DNA from: Scyliorhinus canicula
Lineage: Eukaryota
Direction of reading: 5' to 3'
DNA: 64,000 nucleotides
NCBI RefSeq assembly: GCF_902713615.1
Contig: NC_052158.1
Location: forward strand, 20,456,546-20,520,545
The notes beneath the pieces were generated by a model. That model was not told the DNA's origin and made no database searches. It saw only the letters and a program-made list of their open reading frames with translations. The position numbers and the translations under genes are program-made. Shown one piece after another: positions 11,710-20,700 of this stretch (position 1 is its first letter; each line of letters opens with the position of its first letter).

Positions 11710-13050
11710 TTAAATGGACTCGATCAGACTTTTCGTCGCCCATGACGTCCTGGCAGACCGCCGCAGTGGAGTTGGTGATGTTGGTTCAGCCGATGGTGGT
11801 GGTTCAGCTGATGTCCTGGACTCCGGGAGCGATGGATCTTGAACTGTCTCCGTAACCCGGGCTGGTGGGGGAGACGCCATGGATGGGAGAGGGGTAGCCT
11901 GGGTGGGTCGCTGGGGGAAAAGGGACGGGGGGGGGGGTCTGTGGTGAAGGGGGGGGGGGGGGGAGGGCCGCACGCCGGCGGGTGCCAGGTCCCGGAGGGA
12001 GACCGTGTCCTGCCGACTGTCGGGGTACTCCACGTACGCATACTGCGGGTTAGCGTGGAGTAACTGGACTTGTTCCACCAACGGGTCAGACTTGTGCACC
12101 CGCACATGCTTCCGGAGCAAGATGGGTCCGGGGGCGGCCAGCCACGTCGGGAGAGGGGATCCGGAGGACGACTTCCTGGGGAAAACAAGAAGACGTTCAT
12201 GAGGTGTCTGATTAGTTGTGGTACAGAGGAGTGAGCGGATAGAATGTAGGGCATCGGGGATAACCTCTTGCCATCGGGAAATAGGGAGATCTCTGGACCG
12301 GAGGGCCAGTAGGATCGTCTTCCAGATGGTACCGTTCTCCCGCTCGACCTGTCCGTTACCCCGGGGGTTATAGCTGGTCGTCCTGCTAGAGGCAATGCCC
12401 CTGCTGAGCAGGAATTGACGCAGCTCGTCGCTCATAAAGGAGGACCCCCGATCGCTGTGCATGTACGCGGGGTAGCCGAACAGGGAGAAGATGGAGAGGA
12501 GGGCTTTGATGATGGTCAATGTGGTCATGTCGGGGTAGGGAATGGTGAAGGGGAAGCGGGAGTATTCATCGATCACCGTCAGGAAGTAAATGTTGCGGTT
12601 GCTAGAGGGAAGGGGCCCCTTGAAGTCAATGCTGAGACGTTCGAAGGGGCGGGATGCTTTGATCAGGTGTGCGCGCTCGGGGCGGTAGAAGTGCGGTTTG
12701 CACTCTGCGCAGATGTGGCAGTCACGGGTTACTGTCCTGACTTCCTCGATGGAGAAGGGCAGGTTGCGGGTCTTTATGAAATGATAGAAACGGGTCACCC
12801 CTGGATGGCAGAGGTCCGCGTGGAGGAAGCGGAGGCGGTCTATCTGCGCGCTGGCGCAGGTACCACGGGACAGGGCATCAGGAGGCTCATTGAACTTCCC
12901 AGGACGATACAAGATATCGTAGTTGTACGTGGACAACTCGATCTGCCACTGCAAGACCTTGTCGTTCTTAATCTTGCCCCTCTGTGCATTATCGAACATG
13001 AAGGCCACTGACCGTTGGTCTGTGAGGAGGGTAAAATTCCTGCTGGCCAA
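11710..13050 (-). pseudogene. Gypsy pol C-terminus: end of RNase H + uninterrupted integrase
   Basis: HADLCHPG...CHICAEC zinc finger, SIDFKGP, HSDRG, QVERE with D-x35-E spacing. Confidence 0.93.
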
Positions 13051-13745
13051 ATAGTGCCTCCAATGTCACACCGCTTCGACTATTGCCAGGGCTTCCTTTT
13101 CCACAGAGGGGTGGCGGAGTTCGGAAGCCTGGAGGGTTCTGAGGAAGGCCACGGGTCTGCCCGCTTGGTTCAGGGTGGCCGCCAGAGCTACTTCTGATGC
13201 ATTGCTCTTGACCTGGAAAGGGAGGGACTCGTCGATGGCGCGCATCGTGGCCTTTGCGATGTCCGCTTTGATGCGGCTAAAGGCCTGGCAGGCCTCTGAT
13301 GACGACGGGAAGGTCGTGGACTGAATGAGGGGACGGGCCTTGTTGGTGTAATTGGGAACCCATTGGATTTAGGAAGCGAAGAAACCCAGGCAGCGTTTAA
13401 GGGACTTGAGGGTATTGGGGAGAGGGAGTTCCATCAGGGGGCGCATGCGTTCGGGGTCGGGGCCTATCACTCCGTTACGCACTACGTAACTGAGGATGGC
13501 TAGACGGTCGGTGCTAAACACACACTTATCCTTATTGTAAGTTATGTTTAAGGGGTTTTGCAGTTTGGAGGAATTTTCGGAGGTTGGTGTCATGGTCTTG
13601 CTGGTCGTGGCCGCAGATGGTGACATTATCGAGGTACGGGAAGGTAGCCCGTAATCCGTACTTGTCGACCATTCGGTCCATCTCCCGTTGGAAGACCGAG
13701 ACCCCATTTGTGACACAGAATGGAACCCTGAGGAAGTGGTAGAGG
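13051..13745 (-). pseudogene. Gypsy RT C-terminal half + RNase H remnant
   Basis: HFLRVPFCVTNGVSVFQREMDRM, TFPYLDNVTICG, SLKRCLGFF, VEKEALAIVEAV; stops and frameshifts present. Confidence 0.9.
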
Positions 13746-13759
13746 AGAAGATCCATCGT

Positions 13760-14980
13760 CGTCGTCGGCCGTGTAGGTGCTGGCAGGACCTTGTGTGCCA
13801 GTCCAGGATGGCGGCGCCCAGGATCCGCACGTGGAGTCGGGGCACAAAGATGGCGGCGCCCAGGACCTGCATGTGGAGTCGGGGCCCCAAGATGGCGGCG
13901 CCCAGGACCCGCACATGGAGTCAGGGCACCAAGATGGCGGCGCCCAGGACCCGCACATGGAGTCGGGGCCCCAAGATGGTGGCGCCCAGGACCCGCACGT
14001 GGCATCCGGGGCCCAAGATGGCGGCGCCCGTAGGACCCTCGTGGTTGCTTGGGGCGGGGTTAGCGGTGCCAGCGGGCCGAACGGAGCGGCTGAGAGCGGG
14101 GGCAGAGAGGCGCGCAGGCCGGGCACAGGGGCCCGGGGGAGATTGGCGCGGTGCGCTGGAAGGTCACGGAGGAGGAGATCCCTGGTCGCTGGGCGGCACA
14201 GCAGCGACCGATTTGGCCTGGCAGACCGACGAAAAATGGCCCTTCTTCCCGCAGCTCTTACAAAGGGCGGAGCGGGCCGGGCAGCGCGGGCGAGGGTGTT
14301 TGGCGAACCCACAGAAATAGCAGCAGGGCCCCGCGGACTTGTCGGGGCGTCCCGCGGCGCAGGCCTGAGGGGGGTCGGGAGCAACGGATGGCGGTGGGGA
14401 AGCGTGCCAGGAGGCCCAGGGCGCTGCAGTGCGGCTGGGGACATAGGCGCGGGCGTTTAAGTCAGCGACCTCCAGGGAGGCGGAGAGAGTCCGTGCCTCA
14501 GTTAGGCTGAGGTCGTCTTTTTCCAGCATCCGCTGGTGGATAGCGGCGGACTGCATCCCAGCCACAAAAGCATCTCTGATCAAAAGTTCCCTGTGCTCAG
14601 TGGCTGAAACTTGGAGGCAGGCGCAATGCCTCCCCAGGACAGCGAGGGCCCGGTAGAAATCGTCTTAAGGACTCACCGGGGAACTGTTGTCTGGCAGCCA
14701 GCAGATGTTGTGCGAACACTCGGTTTACCGGCTTAAGAAACTGTCCTTTTAGCTTATCCATGGCCGCGTCGTATTCCTTTTCTTCCCCTATCATCGCATA
14801 GGCTGCCATGCCCATGCTGGAATGGAGAATATGAAGCTTCTGTGCCATGGTGGGGGGGCTGCTTGCGGTCGCCAGGTAGCTATCGAAACACGCCAGCCAA
14901 TGCTTGAAGATTTCCGATGCATTCGGAGTTTGCGGGCTGATGCGGAGGCATTCGGGCTTGATCCGGAGCTCCATCATCAA
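13760..14980 (-). pseudogene. Gypsy gag remnant
   Basis: MELRIKPECLRISP..., MIRDAFVAG, CYFCGFAKHPRPRC and CKSCGKKGHFSSVC knuckles; frameshifted. Confidence 0.85.
13804..14029. repeat. 42-bp tandem repeat (5 units plus a partial) within gag tail
   Basis: Unit AAGATGGCGGCGCCCAGGACCCGCACATGGAGTCGGGGCCCC at period 42; encodes SWAPPSWGPDSMCG on minus strand. Confidence 0.95.
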
Positions 14981-14998
14981 ATTTCTAGCAGATTAAAT

Positions 14999-15284
14999 TG
15001 ATGTACCATCAATTGAATGCGAGACAAGTTGCTGGACAAAAGTATGGCTTTAATCTGCTAGATATTAGCCCTGCGGTCGATTACAGTATAAGGACAACCA
15101 CCGGGAGTACTGGGTATTTATACCCCGCCCTGGAGGCGGGGTTAACTCAGCCTCTTGACCAATCGGGGAGCCGTCACATGACTGGTCTCAACCAACCGGT
15201 CGAGAGGCACATGACCAACCAGGGCCAATGGTAAGCCGGTGTTCTGCACCAATGGCAGGCAGCTATGCTAATCATACCACCACA
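14999..15284 (-). repeat. 5' LTR of Gypsy element
   Basis: TG...CA, TATAAATA at 15122-15115, ATTAAA near 15054-15049; 14 substitutions versus the other LTR by manual count (about 5%). Confidence 0.97.
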
Positions 15285-15642
15285 AGGACAAAATTCCATT
15301 TGCCTTCTTAATCACCTGTAAACCAAATTTCCGTGACTCATGTACTAGCACACCCAGGTCTCTCTGCACAGCAGCATGTGTCGTTTAAATAATAATCCAG
15401 CTTTCTGTTATTCCTACCAAAATGGAGAACCTCACATTTGTCAATATTGTATACCATCTGCCAGACCCTAGCCCATTCACTTCACCTATCCAAATCCCTC
15501 TGCAGACTTCCAGTATCCTCTGCACTTTTTGCTTTACCACTCATCTTAGTGTCATCTGCAAACTTGGACACATTGCCCTTGGTCCCCAGCTCAAAATCAT
15601 CTATATAAATTGTGAACAATTGTGGGCCCAACACGGATCCCA
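15285..15642 (-). mobile_element. CR1 LINE continuation (RT core) on the other side of the Gypsy element
   Basis: [31 protein letters not shown]. Confidence 0.9.
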
Positions 15643-15898
15643 TCGGGTCTGCACCGACCCACTGAAAGAGGTCCTGACGTAGGCCCACTGCTTTGCCCCA
15701 TCCCATAACCCCATCTAACATTCACATCTTTGGACTGTGGGAGGAAACCGGAGCACCCGGAGAAAACACACACAGACACGGGGAGAACGTGCAAACTCCA
15801 CACAGACAGTGGCCCAAGGCTGCAATTAAACCCGGGTGCCTGGCAGAGTGAGGCAGCAGTGCTAACCCCTATGCCACCATTTCCTCATACCCCGCAGA

Positions 15899-16370
15899 TT
15901 TATTTTTCTGTACAGGTGCGCGTCCACAATTTCAAAATCCCAGATTCCAGCGTAAATGAAAAATCAATCTTCAGGCATCTGTGTCCTTCAGGCATCTGTC
16001 ATCCTTCTTCCGGCCCCTCTCTGAACCTTATATAGATGGCATGTGGTGTAGTGCAGGGCGGGGGACAGAGTGGAAATATCTTCCTGGCTCTGCTATCTTT
16101 TATACTGAATTACACTGCATACATTTTTACAGCACAGGAACTGACCATTCCCCGCACTGACCTATGCAAATGTTGCTTGACACGAGTTCCCTTCTATCTC
16201 TACTCGCTCTGACTCTATCAGCACATCCCTTCTATTGCCTTCTGCCTCACTTGCTTATCAAACTTTCCTGGAAATACATCTCTGGCAACCCCCGCGGTAG
16301 CGATCTCTGCATTCTCGCTGCTATCCGATAAAGAAGTTTCTCTCGAATCCCCTATTGAATTGTATTTATT
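15899..16370 (-). promoter_or_regulatory. Candidate polyadenylation signals of the Ig receptor gene (AATAAA at 16370-16365 and 15904-15899)
   Basis: Plus-strand tttatt hexamers 1.2 and 1.7 kb downstream of the stop codon. Confidence 0.35.
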
Positions 16371-16511
16371 ATTATGCTATTATATATAACTGTGAGCCAA
16401 ATTCAAACACAGGACAGGGCACAGAGAGAGGGCTGATTCAATCAAATAAGTCTGGTCACAAGCTGGTGATCTTTACTTTGTAAGTGCACGAGACTGAGCA
16501 AAGAAGAAAAT

Positions 16512-16674
16512 AGGCTGGGTTTTCCGGTCCTCCAGCCATGCTGGAAGTGGGATTCATTACATTCCGCCACTTGTCAATGGGATTTCCCAATTAAGCCACC
16601 CCATGCGGCTGGGAAACCCGTGAGGTGTGCTGCCAGCAGGAAAATTGAATTGCTACAACTGGAGAATTCCAGCC
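16512..16674. mobile_element. Short Harbinger-type MITE in the presumptive 3' UTR
   Basis: Degenerate TIRs, AAT TSD. Confidence 0.7.
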
Positions 16675-17590
16675 AATCTCTTCTGATCCATGCCATTCAC
16701 TCAGAACTCCACCTCCTGCTCCAGGATCCAGTGTGAGGCCCAACTCCCTCAGATGTTCGATGAACTGCCCATTCTACCCCTGTCTTGTAGCCAATGGAAT
16801 AGAATATCATGTGGGTGGGTGGTATAACATTAGCAGAGGGAATTTCACACTGTAACCAAAATAATACAATTTCCCCCACTGAAACTGAATACAATTGTGG
16901 TGAGAATCGTTACAATACCAAACAAAATTACTGGTTGAAAGACTGACCCATTGTGACTGTAAACCTTTGTACACCAGGATTGTATCTGTTGATTTACCCA
17001 GTTAGAAAATTGGAGACAGTCTACATCACTGTCAGTGCAGCAGCTTAGAAACCAGGCACAGTGTCAGAATCCCTGCTCCTTCTGTCAATGGCACCGTGAC
17101 CAAGTCGGCAGATAGTGTAAACCGAAAGACATGTCTCCGGATCTTTGTTTCCATTGGAGTCAATGTGGGGGGAGAGGAAGCTGACTTTCTGTCACCTGAT
17201 CATGTGCAAAGTCGAGACCTAACCCCACTATTCTGCAGGCCGGCAGGATCATGGCCCAGATCCGAATGCCCTGGCTACATTCTGAGGAGCCTCATGGCCC
17301 CTGGTTACACTCAGTGCTATTAACACATAATTGTGTCCCAGGGGTTGTAGAGGCCCTTTCACTGGATCTGCTCAAGATCCTTGATCACATTTGGTACTTT
17401 ACTGCACAACGTGTTCCTGTGGATTGTCTTTCACTGGATCCGCATGAGGCCCCAAAAGTTCTGTCAGCTTCAAGGCTGCTCATGCTGGGCTGATCGGCAT
17501 ATTTAACCATCCCATGGCCCACCGACCAATGCTTCCTGCTGAACATGGGTGTTGATCCAGTCTCTTGTCAAACTCTGAACCTCAGGCACT

Positions 17591-17719
17591 TCATCTGCAA
17601 TCTTCTTTCTGTGCAAAAGCGTATATGGTCTCTTCAGGTCTCTCAGGTATGTTATGTGCTGGTCTAGGCCCAGACCACTGTAGCATGGAATATGTGAGCT
17701 CACCGTTCGATATAGATTC
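17591..17719 (-). CDS. Exon 5: terminal cytoplasmic exon with ITIM and ITSM-like motif
   Basis: Acceptor cttttctgttccgtgcag|G, phase 0; ESISNGELTYSMLQWSGPRPAHNIPERPEETIYAFAQKEDCR, TGA at 17593-17591. Confidence 0.85.
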   Translation of the reverse strand, partial: ESISNGELTYSMLQWSGPRPAHNIPERPEETIYAFAQKEDCR

Positions 17720-20700
17720 CTGCACGGAACAGAAAAGACCAGCTTACTGAAGGTGAAAAATAAAAATTAACAGAGAAAGCAAACTATTGAAAATACACAA
17801 AAGATCAGTCAGGAAGAACATAGAAACGAGCAGAAGTAGGCAATTCAGCCCTTCGAGCCTGCTCCGCCATTCAATCAGATCATAGCTGATCTCGACCTCG
17901 TCCCAAATCCACCTCTCTACATGTTGCCCATTTCCCTTTAACCCGTTTTTTAAAATCAGAAATATATCATCTCCCTCTTGGAACCATTTAATGAGTCGGA
18001 CTCCACCGCACAATTGGGCAGCGAGTTCCATGAAGAATGAGAGATCTCTTTTGAAATTCATGTTTCCTTTTCTCAGGGACTCTGATGTGTAAAACTTTCC
18101 AACAAGCAGGTGAAAAATTGCTCAGCTTTTGATGGTCCATGCCTGTGAGGAACACGTGGAACAACACAAGGCCATTCGGCCCTGAGCCTGCTCTGCTGTT
18201 CAATAAGTTCATGGCTAATCAGCACTTCATTTACTTTTCTCCATATCTCTCTTCCACATCAAAGACCTCTCCATAAAAACAGAAAACTCTGGAAAATCTC
18301 AGCAGGTCTGGCAGCATGTGTGGAGTGCGGAAAAGAGTTAACGAGGGCGATTCTCTGAGCCCCGCGCCAGGCCGGAGAATCGGCGCAACCGCGCCACGGC
18401 ACCCCGACGCCGGCGCGCGATTCTCTAAGGTGCGGAGAATCGGCAGCATCTGCACTGGCGCATTTGGCACAGCGCCGGCCATGGGCTGCTGGAATCGGCA
18501 GGGCCGCCGATACTCTCGCCCGGATGGGCCACGCCGGTACGACAGAGTCCCGCTGGTGCCATTCACCCTTGGTCGCTGCCGGCAGGCACTTTGCGCGAAC
18601 GGTCGGGGGGGGGGGGTTTGGCCTGTGGGGGGGGGGGGGGGGGGGGTGCTCCTTCACTGGTGGGGCCTCCGATGGGGTCTGGCCCACGATCGGGGCCCAC
18701 CAATTGGCGGGCCGGCCTCTCTCCTCCCCCCCCCTCCCCCCCCCCTCCCCCCCGGGCCTACTTTCTGGCGCGGCTGGCCCCTGAATACCGACTCCATGTT
18801 GAGTTGGGACCGGCGCGCATGCGCAGGTTGGCACGCCGCCAAATGGGCGCCACGAAAGGAGGCTGGAGCGGCGTCAACCTGTGGGGGCCTGAATCGGTCG
18901 TACCCCGGCCCGACTCACGCCGTTGTGAAACATGACAGCGTTCACGACGGCGCAAACACTTGGGCTCCATATTGGAGAATCGCCCCCAACGTTTTGAGTC
19001 CATATGCCTGACCTTCTGATCTCTCCACCTCAGTTTGGAAAACTCCAATGCATTTCAGCATCCTGTTTCATGCTGATTTTGGTTGAGGAAAATATTGATC
19101 AGGTGTAGTGTCCTAAAAAGTAAGGTTAAGGGGGGGGTTGTTGGGTTACGGGTATAGGGTGGATATGTGGGTTTGAGTAGGGTGATCATTGCTCGGCACA
19201 ACATCGAGGGCTGAAGGGCCTGTTCTATGCTGTACTGTTCTATGTTCTATGTCACTGGGTAGAACTCCCCAGCTATTTCTCAAAAATAGTGCTGTACTAA
19301 AACAGTTTAACTGCTCATTGTCAGATTGTTTAACTGTTGGAGTGCGCTTTGCATGAATTGGCTGTCAAGTTTCGTTCATTACAACAGAGAATATACTTCA
19401 AATGCTATAACACAAAGAATATCAGCAAATGGCAGTGGGAATTACAAGCTCAATCAATCGATAGGGATCAGTTAACAGGTACATTTGTTACTCCCACACT
19501 TTCTGTCAGAGCAAAGACAGTAGAGCAACTGCCTGGCAAAGTTTCTGTGATAAGATGGTGCAGTAAAGTCCAAAGATGTGCAGGTTAGGTGGATTGGCCA
19601 TGTTAAATTGCCCCTTAGTATCCAAAGGTTAGGGTTACGCAGATAGGGCAGAGATTGGACCTGGTAGGGTGCTCTTTCGGAAGGTCGGTGCAGCCTCGAT
19701 GGGCCGAATGCCTCCATTTGTACTGTTGGGATTCTATGAAAGTCTTTCTTCCACCTCCAAACCTAACAGTCTTTGAACAACCATAATATACTGCTGACAG
19801 CAGATGTGCCGGGAATCAAGTGATCTGAGATTGGTGATGGTTTCTTTCAGAGAAATGGAAAGTCTAAGGTGAAGCAGAGATCAGTCTTTACCAGCACCAT
19901 TTTCCAGGTCAATTTGGATTCATTCCAAAATTAATTTATTATTGATTTTTAAATAGCTTCCTTACTTCATTATTTCTTTTAAACGTAATTCCACTGCACA
20001 CCCATGTCTCCCAATAGTGTCACTTAGAATCACTGGCCCAGTAAACCAGAGACTCTGGCTAAAAATCTACAGGCCCTGGTTTGAACCCTATCACACCAGT
20101 TGGTGGAATTTACTTTAATTTATTCATAAATTATTAAACAATCCTTTGTTCTCTGTCTCAGAGAAATAGACGGTTGTGATATTAAGAAATCAGCACCTTC
20201 ATGAGGAAAGTGTATAAAATTGGGACAGGTAAAACAAGGTTTTCCAAAATTAATAAACTGTGATGTGTCAGGTCGAAGGCTCTCTGTGAAAGAGCAACAA
20301 TTTACAAAATTTACGTTGCCTATTTTTTTTTGTTTGCAAGAATCTTGAACTCACAATAACGCAGCCCCTTCTTACCTCAGTCAGGACTTGCCCCGTCCCT
20401 CCAACAGGCTGAACAGCTATTTCCGTGAGGTCTGAATCGTGTTGTCGCTGGCAACCTGAATTAAAACATTCAGACAGGAACAGGATTGCTTGTGTCATAT
20501 GTGAAAGATTAAATGTAAAGCTATTTAAACCACGATAGAAAGACAGCCGGAAGACCTTGTTAATACTTCTTATTTGGCCACCGCAAGCTCCAATTTTGTA
20601 TTTAGTAATCCAATTTATTTTGATTCCTTCACCATGGTGGGCATTTCCTGAGAAACCTGACCAGTTAATAACAAACACCAAAAATCCCTAATCCTTGAGT

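Larger units (their letters stand above)
11227..15284 (-). mobile_element. Ty3/Gypsy LTR retrotransposon, internally deleted and frameshifted
   Basis: Two 286-bp TG...CA LTRs, AGGAC TSD (11222-11226 / 15285-15289), gag zinc knuckles, RT/RNase H remnant, integrase; flanks rejoin a CR1. Confidence 0.97.

Noticed and set aside
13369-14510. Many overlapping ORFs on both strands
   Set aside because: Products of GC-rich gag sequence and the 42-bp repeat, not independent genes
16697-16894. Minus-strand ORF with IFYSIG after an AG acceptor
   Set aside because: Not needed for the gene model and not an ITIM consensus; probably 3' UTR
17045-17195. Alternative last exon containing SVYTIC
   Set aside because: Poor polypyrimidine tract, lies downstream of the exon-5 stop, non-canonical motif; likely 3' UTR
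17704-17719. 16-nt micro-exon (acceptor at 17720, donor-like CG|GTGAGC at 17703)
   Set aside because: Reading through the donor-like site gives the ITIM and ITSM-like motifs and a natural stop, so it is better explained as the start of the terminal exon; cryptic use is not excluded
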